A program made the position numbers and the translations under genes. This document shows positions 38,854-47,573 of a stretch of DNA of 64,000 nucleotides, one piece after another. Positions within the stretch are counted from its first letter, which is position 1. Every line of letters starts with the position of its first letter. The notes beneath the pieces were generated by a model. It saw nothing but the letters and a program-made list of their open reading frames with translations, made no database searches and was not told the DNA's origin. This stretch comes from Polaromonas sp. (GTDB lineage Bacteria; Pseudomonadota; Gammaproteobacteria; Burkholderiales; Burkholderiaceae_C), in NCBI RefSeq assembly GCF_031411155.1, contig NZ_JANOAL010000098.1, positions 407 to 64,406 on the forward strand. The letters run 5' to 3'.

Positions 38854-40046
38854 GCAGATTCCTTCTCATCCATGCCCAGTGTGTCCAACACCTCGGTGGG
38901 GTGCAGCACGCCCTCCAGCGGCGCGACGCCCACCACGCCGTCACCGTGCGTCAAAAACAGTGGTTGGCGCAACTGCCCGTCCCAAGGCCGGAACGACAGG
39001 CGTGGCCCCTTGGCGCCATCCACATAGATGCCGCCGCTGCGCAGGCGCTTGATCTGCTGCGCCATGCCCGCCTTGGGGTCATCCGCCAGGACGGCCACCA
39101 CCGCTTTGACGGCCGCCCAGGCCGCCCAGTCCTGCCCCTGCATGGGCCGCCGGGCCAGCTTGAAGAAGCGGCGAGACAACTGCGGCCCGCCATGGCGCTC
39201 CCATTGCGGGTGCCAGGCCAGCGCCATTAAACCGCTACTGCCCGCCACCGGGCGCGGCCACTGCGTGGCGTAGGGCAAGGTACGCGCGAATTCGCCCATG
39301 CTGTCGGCCACGGCAATCACTTCATGCTCGCGGTCGCCAGTCAGCAAACGCGTGTTGGCAAGATCGCGCTCGCGCGGGTCGGTACTCATCTTGAAGGACC
39401 GGGTCTGAACAATTTTCAGGCCGTAGCGCTGCGCTGACCGGCTCAAGGCCTGGGCCTGCAAATCATCTTGTGGCAGCGGCCCCTGCAACAGCAAGAGCTT
39501 GCGCCAGTTGCGCGCGGCCAGGTACTGGGCCAGCGCGTCGCTGTGCATCTGCCGGCTGGGCGAGGTGTGCAGCAAATGGGCTGCGCACTGCTCGCCGCGC
39601 AGGGCGTCGTCATCCAGGCCGACGTTGATCACCATGGCGCCGCCGAGCGCAGTGGGTGACAACTGCACCAGCAGGCGCAATGCCGGGGCGGGAAGGTCGG
39701 CCAGCACGTGATGCACGCCAGCGGCCTTGAGTTGCACCAGCGCCGCCGGCAGCCCCTGCGCATCGGCCACTTGCACTTCCCGAATCTTCAGCTCCACGCC
39801 CAGCACCTCAAGCTCCACGGCGGCCTCGTCAGCGGCGAGCCGCGCCGCATCGAGCGCGCGCCCGTGCGGATGGCCGGGAAAGGCCTGCTCAAGCCGCCGC
39901 GACGCGTAGCGCGTATCGTCCGACAGGCCCATCACGGCTACCGTAACAGTGACAGTGGCAGCCGCTGCCATGACCGGCAGCAGCCCCGTGACAAAAACTA
40001 GCGCCGCAAGCAGCGCAGTCACCAGGGGAGCAGATCGAAGGGACAT
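38835..40046 (-). CDS. PQQ-dehydrogenase-system ABC transporter binding protein-like (type I SBP fold)
   Basis: Signal anchor, Leu/Ile/Val-binding-like fold sequence. Position matches the 'PQQ-dependent alcohol dehydrogenase system' binding protein family. Confidence 0.6.
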   Translation of the reverse strand: MSLRSAPLVTALLAALVFVTGLLPVMAAAATVTVTVAVMGLSDDTRYASRRLEQAFPGHPHGRALDAARLAADEAAVELEVLGVELKIREVQVADAQGLPAALVQLKAAGVHHVLADLPAPALRLLVQLSPTALGGAMVINVGLDDDALRGEQCAAHLLHTSPSRQMHSDALAQYLAARNWRKLLLLQGPLPQDDLQAQALSRSAQRYGLKIVQTRSFKMSTDPRERDLANTRLLTGDREHEVIAVADSMGEFARTLPYATQWPRPVAGSSGLMALAWHPQWERHGGPQLSRRFFKLARRPMQGQDWAAWAAVKAVVAVLADDPKAGMAQQIKRLRSGGIYVDGAKGPRLSFRPWDGQLRQPLFLTHGDGVVGVAPLEGVLHPTEVLDTLGMDEKESACKQRP

Positions 40047-41044
40047 CAGGGCTGTACCAGCACCGTATGCGGCACCCGTCCCACCGCCACCGTGCGGACG
40101 GCCTTGGCGCTGGCCGTATCAATCAGTGTAAGGTCGTCCGACTGGCTATTGGCGACGTAAAGCGTTTTGCCGTCCGGGTGCAGCGTCAGGCCCCAGGCCC
40201 TCTTGCCCACCAGAATGGTATTGCGCACCTGGCGCGTGGCACGGTCTACCTCGGCCACGTGGTTGGCCTTACCCAGCCCGACCCAAACCGTCCTGCCGTC
40301 GGGGCTCAGCACCATGCCTACCGGGGTGATGTCACTGGCGCGCATGCCCTTGATCTTGAATTCCAGCGTGTGCCTGACGCCGTGGTCCTCAGTGCTCAAG
40401 ACTGTCACACTCGAGCCCAGCTCGTTGCTCACCCACAGCTCCTTGCCACCGTCAGCCAGCACAAAACGGCGCGGCCGATTGCCGACCCGAATGTTTTTTA
40501 CCACCTTGCGCCCCAACAGATCGACGAGGTGAACCACATTGGCTACCTCGGAAGCGACGTAGGCGCGCTTGCCGTCGGGCATGACCAAGACGCCCTCAGG
40601 CTCGCCCCCGGTCTTGACTTCGAACAGTCTGGATTTGCTTTGCAGGTCATAAGCAGCCATCACATTTTCATCCTCGATCGAGACGTAAGCAGTCTTGCCG
40701 TCAGGACTCAGGTCAAATATCTCCGGGCTGTCGCCGAACGCCATCGTTCCTGTCATTCTGGATCCGGCGACATCGACCAGGCCAAGCTGGTTGCTATCTC
40801 CGCAGGACACATAAATTTGCCGATGATCGGGGCTGAACATCATGTGGCGCGGACGCTTGCACACCTCAATGACCCCGACGCGCATACCCTGCGTATCGAA
40901 GACGTAAATGCTGTTGTCTTTTTCACTGGAAACATACACGCGGTTAGCGATGAGCGCCGGGCGCGGAGCCTGTGCGCTCGCCGGACACCCGCCCAACAGG
41001 CCAATCGCCAGCAGCAGTCCCTGCACTGCGAGGGCATTTCGCAT
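40046..41044 (-). CDS. YVTN-family beta-propeller repeat protein (PQQ-dependent catabolism-associated)
   Basis: Signal peptide MRNALAVQGLLLAIGLLGGCPASA, repeated ...P..M..SPDGK..YV... blades. Start at 41044. Its stop overlaps the next gene's ATG by 1 nt. Confidence 0.75.
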   Translation of the reverse strand: MRNALAVQGLLLAIGLLGGCPASAQAPRPALIANRVYVSSEKDNSIYVFDTQGMRVGVIEVCKRPRHMMFSPDHRQIYVSCGDSNQLGLVDVAGSRMTGTMAFGDSPEIFDLSPDGKTAYVSIEDENVMAAYDLQSKSRLFEVKTGGEPEGVLVMPDGKRAYVASEVANVVHLVDLLGRKVVKNIRVGNRPRRFVLADGGKELWVSNELGSSVTVLSTEDHGVRHTLEFKIKGMRASDITPVGMVLSPDGRTVWVGLGKANHVAEVDRATRQVRNTILVGKRAWGLTLHPDGKTLYVANSQSDDLTLIDTASAKAVRTVAVGRVPHTVLVQP

Positions 41045-41153
41045 AAGAAGACCCCGGGGGGGAGCGCCGCAGGAATCGAAAGGCTTTGAATTGGTCAACG
41101 CTATGTCTCCGGTAAGGGCAAAACCCGAGTTTTTGTTTTGCAACGACACATTA

Positions 41154-41192
41154 AGCAAAAACAGTGCCGGACAAAACGGCACTGTTTTTGCT
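41154..41192. promoter_or_regulatory. Perfect 16-bp inverted repeat encoding two back-to-back sigma-54 promoters
   Basis: AGCAAAAACAGTGCCG-gacaaaa-CGGCACTGTTTTTGCT. Each arm read 5'-3' toward its gene is CGGCAC-TGTTT-TTGC (GG-N10-GC). It lies between the divergent propeller (41044, -) and Bug (41251, +) genes. Confidence 0.55.
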
Positions 41193-41250
41193 TCTACGGT
41201 GGCTACTGCTGCAAAGTGCTTCAGTTTCCAAAACCCCACCGACTGAAACC

Positions 41251-42351
41251 ATGCCTCTGTCACCATCGCCAAGCGTGCACATTGAAGCTGAAGGTGCTGA
41301 TCGATCACATAGGCCGGACCACCCGCAGTGCCTTAATCGGCGGCAATGGCTAGGCCAGAATCTCGCGGCAGGCCTGCTCGGTCCCGCAGCCTTGAATCTG
41401 GCCAGGGCCAGCCATTCCGCCGTACCGAACCTGTTGCCCGCGCTGCCCGCCGGCTGGCCCGCCAAACCGCTGCAACTGATCGTACCTTGGCCGGCGGGCG
41501 GCGCTACCGACCTCACACTGCGCGTTCTGTGTGAAGAGGCCGAGCCGCTGCTGGGCCAGCGTATCATCGTCTTGAACCGGCCAGGCGCCGCCGGTACATT
41601 GGTAGCGCCTGCGCTGAAGTCGGCCGAGCCTGACGGTTACACCCTGGGCCAGTTGCCCATCACGGTATTTCGCCATGCCCTGATGAACGCCGTACCCTGG
41701 GACCCGGTCAAAGACCTTGCCCCCATCGTGCAAGTCTCGGGTACCACGTTCGGCTTGCTCATACCAGCCAACAGCCCGTGGAGCGCTGTGACCGAGTTGC
41801 TGGACTGGGCGCGCCTGAACCCCGGCAAACTGCTGATGGGCTCAACCGGCATTGGCACCACCGCGCACCTGGCCATGGAGGAAATACTGCTAAAGCAGGG
41901 CATTGAGTATGTTCACGTGCCCTACAAGGGCACAGCCGACCAGATGCTGGCGGTGGCCTCCGGGCAACTCATGGCTGGCGTCAACTCAACCGGCTTTGCA
42001 CCCTGGCTTGACAGGGGGCAGATGCGGCTGCTGGCGATCTTCAGCGCCGAGCGAAGCAAGCGCTGGCCCGACGTGCCTACCCTGCGCGAGTTGGGATTGA
42101 CTCAATCCGTCTATTCATCGCCCTGGGGCCTGGCTGCGCCCCGCGGCACGCCTCCCGCCATCATCAAGCGGCTGCATGACGCGTTTTACAAGGCCATGCA
42201 CAGCGAACGGCATACCGCAGCGCTGGCCCGGTACGACCAGCATCTCGACTATCTCGATACCGACGCTTACAAGCGTGCCGTACTGCAAACTGTGGGGCAT
42301 GAAAAAATCTTGCTGCGTCGCATGAAACTCCTGACCGCGCCCGCCACATGA
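41251..42351 (+). CDS. Bug-family (TctC-like) tripartite tricarboxylate transporter binding protein
   Basis: Tat-like NRRQWL leader and Bug signature region KPLQLIVPWPAGGATDLTLR. Start uncertain (41164 in the track would lie upstream of the predicted promoter). Confidence 0.7.
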   Translation: MPLSPSPSVHIEAEGADRSHRPDHPQCLNRRQWLGQNLAAGLLGPAALNLARASHSAVPNLLPALPAGWPAKPLQLIVPWPAGGATDLTLRVLCEEAEPLLGQRIIVLNRPGAAGTLVAPALKSAEPDGYTLGQLPITVFRHALMNAVPWDPVKDLAPIVQVSGTTFGLLIPANSPWSAVTELLDWARLNPGKLLMGSTGIGTTAHLAMEEILLKQGIEYVHVPYKGTADQMLAVASGQLMAGVNSTGFAPWLDRGQMRLLAIFSAERSKRWPDVPTLRELGLTQSVYSSPWGLAAPRGTPPAIIKRLHDAFYKAMHSERHTAALARYDQHLDYLDTDAYKRAVLQTVGHEKILLRRMKLLTAPAT

Positions 42352-43112
42352 CTGCCACGCACATCCGCGACGTTATCGACGACTCCGTTAGCCAATCAAC
42401 TCAGCTCGAGGCAAAACACGCCGACGCACCGGTACTGCGGGCGCGCGATCTCCACAAATCGTATGCCGGGAAGCCTGCATTGACCGGACTCAGCCTGACC
42501 CTCTTCCCGGGCGAAATGGTCGCCCTGCTAGGTCCCAATGGTTCGGGCAAATCGACGCTGATGCAATTGCTGACCGGGCTATTCAGCCCCGACCGTGGCG
42601 ATATTGAGGTCCTCGGCCACAACATGCGTACCCATGCCAGCGCGGCGCTAGCCGGTCTCGGCGTGGTGTTCCAGCAAACCGCTCTGGACCTTGACTTGTC
42701 GGTGCAGGCCAACCTCCTTTTCCACACCGACCTGCACGGCCTGCCGCGCGGCGACGCACGGGAAAGAATTGCAGAGGGCCTCGCGCAGATGCGTCTGACG
42801 GGTCAGGTCGGCGCCACAGTACGCAGCCTCTCGGGCGGCACTCGCCGCAAGGTCGAACTGGTTCGGGCGCTTCTGCACCGGCCCCGTGTTTTGCTGATGG
42901 ATGAAGCCACCGTGGGCCTTGACCCCGGCTCGCGCCTGCAACTGCTTCAGGGCGTGCGAAAACTGGTCACGGAAAGCCAGGTAGCAGTGCTGTGGGCGAC
43001 TCACCTGATGGAAGAAATTGATGTGTCAGACCGTCTGCTGGTTTTGAAGAACGGCACCTTGCAATTTGACGGCATCAGGGCTGCATTTACCGGGCAACTG
43101 TCTGATGATTGA
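42348..43112 (+). CDS. ABC transporter ATP-binding protein (probable partner of the PedC-like ABC-2 permease)
   Basis: Walker A GPNGSGKST, signature LSGGTRRK, Walker B LLMDEAT. ATGA overlap with the Bug gene stop. Confidence 0.8.
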   Translation: MTATHIRDVIDDSVSQSTQLEAKHADAPVLRARDLHKSYAGKPALTGLSLTLFPGEMVALLGPNGSGKSTLMQLLTGLFSPDRGDIEVLGHNMRTHASAALAGLGVVFQQTALDLDLSVQANLLFHTDLHGLPRGDARERIAEGLAQMRLTGQVGATVRSLSGGTRRKVELVRALLHRPRVLLMDEATVGLDPGSRLQLLQGVRKLVTESQVAVLWATHLMEEIDVSDRLLVLKNGTLQFDGIRAAFTGQLSDD

Positions 43113-43287
43113 CGAGGGAAGATATTCCGAAGTCTGACTCTCGGATCCAGCTAGCGTCCATCAATATTCTTGCTTTTGAAGACCAGTTGATGGCAAATTA
43201 GTCACAACTGTTATGAGTACTGCGCCCATCGACAGTGGCGCTTGCATGGCGACAATAGGCCGACAATCCACTTCGACAAACCACCCC

Positions 43288-44058
43288 ATGTCTTCGCAAA
43301 ACGCTAGCGCAGTCGCCCAGGCCATTCTGGATGCACGGCGCCAAAACCGCCCTATTGATGCACGGCCATTTGCCGATCAGCTGGCTGCGCCGGAAGACGC
43401 CTATGCGGTACAGGCCTTGGTCGCGGAGGCAATGCAGGGACCGAACGCTCCTTTTCCTGTCTTCTGGAAGACCGGCGGGCCTTCGAGAGATGCGCTGGCC
43501 ACCCATGCAGCGCTGCCCCCTGAAGGAATCTGGCGCAGCCCTGCCCAGGCTGGCGCATGGCCGTTCAACATATGTTTGATCGAAGCGGAAGTCGCCTTGC
43601 GCCTTGGCAAGCCGGTCACTGCAGCCGAGGCCGCGGCGTTGAGCCACGAGCAAGCGATCGCGCTGGTCGACGCGATGACGGTTTCCATTGAACTGGTGGA
43701 TTCGCGTTGGCACCAGTCCGTGGACGCGCCAGCCCTTTTAAAACTGGCTGACCTGCAATCCCATGGAGCCCTCGTGCTGGGCAATTGGATTGCCTTTGCC
43801 CAGCGCGACTGGAAAGCTCAGTCATGCACGGTTCAGATCGGCTCACGACCTGCGGTTGAATGGCGCGGAACCCATTCCATGGGCGACCCGACCTGGGTAT
43901 TGCCGGCGTGGCTGCAACATGCCACCCGCGATGGACAAACAGTGCCCGCTGGCACTGTCGTGACCACCGGCACCTGGTGTGGCATGCTGCCCGCCGCGCA
44001 GGGCGAGCGGGTGCTGGCACGTTTCGAGGGCCTGGGCGAAGCGACAGTTCAGCTCTAG
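43288..44058 (+). CDS. 2-keto-4-pentenoate hydratase-like (FAH/MhpD family) protein
   Basis: About 256 aa from MSSQNASAV. MhpD-like features (EDAYAVQALV..., FWKTGG, IEAEVALRLGK). Confidence 0.5.
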   Translation: MSSQNASAVAQAILDARRQNRPIDARPFADQLAAPEDAYAVQALVAEAMQGPNAPFPVFWKTGGPSRDALATHAALPPEGIWRSPAQAGAWPFNICLIEAEVALRLGKPVTAAEAAALSHEQAIALVDAMTVSIELVDSRWHQSVDAPALLKLADLQSHGALVLGNWIAFAQRDWKAQSCTVQIGSRPAVEWRGTHSMGDPTWVLPAWLQHATRDGQTVPAGTVVTTGTWCGMLPAAQGERVLARFEGLGEATVQL

Positions 44059-44213
44059 GTCTCTGAATACAGGTGGTGCCTCGCTCGGACAACCAGGGCG
44101 CGTAGCCCCGCCAGCCGTTGCCTGCATGCTGAACCGTCAGAGCTGCTGCGGGGGTTGCCGCAGCGCCCTCGCGCCCGGTCGCGTTTGCCGCCCTTTCCTC
44201 TTGATCCGCAGAC

Positions 44214-45623
44214 TCACAGAGCAGGCCAGCGGTCGCTCCAAGGATGAACGGCCTCGTAGTCTGCACCAAGCTCAAGCAGCATATCGTCAGTACCGTAAGC
44301 GCCAATCATTTGCAGACCGATAGGCAGACCCTCGCGCGATGGCTCGCAGGGCAAGGCCAGACCCGGCAGGCCCGCGGCGTTGACCCAGCCGGTGTAGATG
44401 GCGTGACCACGAGGACCCACCTCCTGGCCGTCGATATGGGTCGGGTAAGCCAGTTCGGCCGCCCAGGGAAGCGCGGCTGCGGACGGCATCACGATGACAT
44501 CCACCGCTTCAAACAGCTTCACGGTGTCACGCCGCAACTGCGCGACCCGCTCCAGAATCTGCCATAGCCGAGCCGCCGGCAGGCGCCGCCCGTTGGCCGC
44601 CATGTCCCGGTATTTCTGCGACGCCTGTGCCGCCCACTCAGGGTGGGCTTCAAACATCCGGGCCAGGCCGATTTGGCCGACCTGCGGCCACGCATCGGCG
44701 AAGAAGTCCAGGTCCAGAGGCAGCGGACCTGCATCGACCTGGTGCCCCAGTGCTGCGATCTTCTGCACCGCGCTAGCCACACTTCCCGCCACCTGCGAAT
44801 CCAGCGGTGCGGGGCCGAGGCGCTCCACATAGAGCACGCGCAAGGGGGCGGTGCGCCGCGGCTGCGTCGTGGCTTGTGCGGCGGCCAGTGACAACCGGTC
44901 AACCGGCGAAGGGCCCCTCATGACATCGAACAGCACGCGTGCATCGGCCACCGTGCGTGCGAGCGGGCCAATGACTTCGAAGTCCAGCAGCAGGCTGGGC
45001 AACACATGTTGCCGCGGCACCGCGCTCAGGGAAGGCTTGAGGCCGACCAGGCCGGCGTGCGAGGCCGGCCGCCGAATGGAGCCGCCGCCGTCCTGCCCAA
45101 TCGCCAGCGGCGCGATACCGCTGGCCACCGCCGCCACGGCGCCGCCACTGGAACCACCGGGGGTGAGCTGCGGCTGCCAGGGATTGCGGGTGACGCCGAA
45201 CAGCGGGTTGGCCGTGTAGCCCTCCAGGGCGAACTCGGGCACGTTGGTCTTGCCGATGATGAGCGCACCGGCCGCGCGCGCGCGGGCCACCGCCAGTTCG
45301 TCGTGCTGGCTCTGGTAGTGCCGCAGGGCCGGCGTTCCCCAGGTCGTCGGCTGATCTGCGGTGAACAAACTGTCTTTAACCGTGATCGGAATGCCGTCGA
45401 GCGCGGACAGCGGCTGACCGCGCGCATGGCGTTCCGTGGAAGCAAGCGCCTCTTCCATAAAGCGCGCGTCACGCCGTGCAATCACCGCGTTCAGCCGCGG
45501 GTTCACGGCTTCCAGCCGCGCCAGGCAGACCTGCGCCACCGCCAGTGGCGTCAACGAGCGCTCGCGAAAGCGGCGCCGCAGCTCCACGGCGGAAAGGCGC
45601 CAGAGTTCAGAAGATTCAGTCAT
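44214..45623 (-). CDS. Amidase-signature family amidase
   Basis: GGSSGG motif (TPGGSSGGAVAAVASG) and Ser-cisSer-Lys family sequence. Last gene of the long minus-strand operon. Confidence 0.85.
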   Translation of the reverse strand: MTESSELWRLSAVELRRRFRERSLTPLAVAQVCLARLEAVNPRLNAVIARRDARFMEEALASTERHARGQPLSALDGIPITVKDSLFTADQPTTWGTPALRHYQSQHDELAVARARAAGALIIGKTNVPEFALEGYTANPLFGVTRNPWQPQLTPGGSSGGAVAAVASGIAPLAIGQDGGGSIRRPASHAGLVGLKPSLSAVPRQHVLPSLLLDFEVIGPLARTVADARVLFDVMRGPSPVDRLSLAAAQATTQPRRTAPLRVLYVERLGPAPLDSQVAGSVASAVQKIAALGHQVDAGPLPLDLDFFADAWPQVGQIGLARMFEAHPEWAAQASQKYRDMAANGRRLPAARLWQILERVAQLRRDTVKLFEAVDVIVMPSAAALPWAAELAYPTHIDGQEVGPRGHAIYTGWVNAAGLPGLALPCEPSREGLPIGLQMIGAYGTDDMLLELGADYEAVHPWSDRWPAL

Positions 45624-45633
45624 GGCATGGGCC

Positions 45634-46926
45634 TCACATGTGTGCTGGTAGCCAGGTCACGATTTGCGGGATCGCCATGATCAGCAAGGTGAACAGGATC
45701 ATGATGGCCGCGTAAGGCAAGGCGCCCCAGATCGCGTCCTCGATGCCGCCCTTGTCGGGCCGGATGCCATGCACCACGAACAGGTTCATACCCACCGGCG
45801 GCGTGATCAGTCCGAGCTCGCACATCAGCACGATGAAGATGCCAAACCAGATCGGGTCCACGCCCAGCGCCGTTGCGATCGGGTAGGTAATCGGGATGGT
45901 CGCCACCTGCATCGACAGCACATCCATGAACATGCCGAGGATCAGGTAGAACACGATCAGCGCCAGGATCAGCCCGGTCGCCGACAGGCCCAGTCCGGCC
46001 ACCCACTTGGTCATGGCCTCGGCCACGCCGGTCAGGCTGATGGTCAGGTTGAGGATAAAGGCCGCCGTCATGATCAGCAGGATCATGCCGCTGACGCGCG
46101 CCGTGGAGATGAAGCAGGTGCGCAGCAGCTCGCGGCTCATCTTGCCCGAGTGCACGACGAAGCCCAGCGCCGCGATCACACCCAGGGCCGCGCTTTCCGT
46201 GGTGGTGGCGATGCCGAAATAAAGGCTGCCCATCACGATGCCGAACACCACCATGGGCGGCACCAGGTGCACCAGCGAGCGCAGCTTCTCGGCCATCGGC
46301 ACCTTGGGCTCGCGCATGGCGTTGCCACCCATCAGCGCCGACACGGCGATGTAGAGCATGAAGCAACCCGTCAGCAACAGGCCAGGGATGATGCCGGCGA
46401 TGAACAGCTTGCCGATCGAGTTGTTGGTCAGCGAGCCGTAGACGATCATGTTCACGCTGGGCGGAATCAGGATGCCCAAGGTGCCACCGGCCGCCAGCGA
46501 GCCGAGCGAGGCGCGCATCGGGTAGCCTCGTTTTTGCAACGAGGGCAACGCGACCGTGCCGACCGTGGCTGCAGTCGCCACTGACGAGCCCGAGGTGGCG
46601 GCAAACAGCGCACAGCTGCCGATGTTGGTGTGCAGCAGCCCGCCGGGCAGGCGCCCGAGCCAGGCCGACAGGGCGATGTACATGCGGTCGGCAATCCCCG
46701 AACGCAGCAACAGCTCACCGAGCAGAATGAACAGCGGAATCGAGGTCAGCAGGCTCTCGTTGTGCACGCCCCAGACCACGGGCGCGATCGAGTCCATGAA
46801 GGGCATGCCATAGGCGGCGATGCCGCCAACGATGCCCACCGCCGCCATGGACACGGCGATCGGGATGCCGACCAGCATCATGCCCAGCATCACGACGAAG
46901 GCGAGTCCGAATAATCCTATGCTCAT
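45634..46926 (-). CDS. dctM: TRAP transporter large permease (DctM), system 1
   Basis: 430 aa polytopic DctM family protein. ATGA overlap with dctQ. Confidence 0.85.
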   Translation of the reverse strand: MSIGLFGLAFVVMLGMMLVGIPIAVSMAAVGIVGGIAAYGMPFMDSIAPVVWGVHNESLLTSIPLFILLGELLLRSGIADRMYIALSAWLGRLPGGLLHTNIGSCALFAATSGSSVATAATVGTVALPSLQKRGYPMRASLGSLAAGGTLGILIPPSVNMIVYGSLTNNSIGKLFIAGIIPGLLLTGCFMLYIAVSALMGGNAMREPKVPMAEKLRSLVHLVPPMVVFGIVMGSLYFGIATTTESAALGVIAALGFVVHSGKMSRELLRTCFISTARVSGMILLIMTAAFILNLTISLTGVAEAMTKWVAGLGLSATGLILALIVFYLILGMFMDVLSMQVATIPITYPIATALGVDPIWFGIFIVLMCELGLITPPVGMNLFVVHGIRPDKGGIEDAIWGALPYAAIMILFTLLIMAIPQIVTWLPAHM

Positions 46927-47573
46927 GCTTGTGCTCCTTGTTCAACGGACTGGCGCTGGGCCAGGTCGTCGAGTTCTTCCTTCAGCTCTTCCTTGGCGCT
47001 CTTCGGGTGAAAGTCGTGGTTCAGCGTGTCGACACGCTTCGTCACCAGCAGCCAGCTGGCGCGCAGGGCATAACCCATGGCCACCAGCGCAAAAATCACC
47101 AGCCCGGCGTACCAGACGGCCTGCGGCCAGATCAGCGGCGTCGCCCAGGGCGTCTGCGCGGTGCTGCCGTACTGCAGGGTATCGGTGATGACCTTGGTCG
47201 CGATCCAGGCCACGAAGGTCCCGAAGGAAGCCAGCGTGACGATGGAGAACCAGTTCAGGAAGGCCTGCATGGCGCGCGGAAACCGCTCGTGGAACACATC
47301 CACCCGAATGTGGTTGCGGCCCATCAGCGCCAGGCTGAAGGCAATGGTCGAGCCAACGGCCAGCGCGTAACCGCCGAGCTCGTCAGCCCCTTGCAGCGAC
47401 ACGTTGAACACCTTGCGCGAGACGGTCTCGACCGCAACGACGCAGGCCAGCAGCAAAAAGATGCCGCCGAACACCGTGGCCAGCACATTCTCGATGTGGT
47501 CCTTCATGGCGACACCCTTCGGGATGGGGGCCGCCGCAGGCCGGCCCCGGTTGATGATGATGCTATCGCTCAT
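46923..47573 (-). CDS. dctQ: TRAP transporter small permease (DctQ), system 1
   Basis: 4-TM DctQ-like. Start MSDSIII at 47573 forms an ATGA overlap with the dctP stop. Confidence 0.75.
   Translation of the reverse strand: MSDSIIINRGRPAAAPIPKGVAMKDHIENVLATVFGGIFLLLACVVAVETVSRKVFNVSLQGADELGGYALAVGSTIAFSLALMGRNHIRVDVFHERFPRAMQAFLNWFSIVTLASFGTFVAWIATKVITDTLQYGSTAQTPWATPLIWPQAVWYAGLVIFALVAMGYALRASWLLVTKRVDTLNHDFHPKSAKEELKEELDDLAQRQSVEQGAQA

Noticed and set aside
41154-41192. Interpretation of the 16-bp inverted repeat as a bidirectional rho-independent terminator
   Set aside because: Both flanking genes start here rather than end. Each arm independently matches the sigma-54 -24/-12 pattern with correct spacing, so the promoter interpretation is preferred, though not proven.
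19074-43112. Genomic island integrated at tRNA-Arg as a mobile element
   Set aside because: No integrase, transposase, conjugation genes or attL/attR-type repeat of the tRNA 3' end could be found by eye, and the tRNA 3' end faces away from the island. Kept only as a low-interest junction observation.
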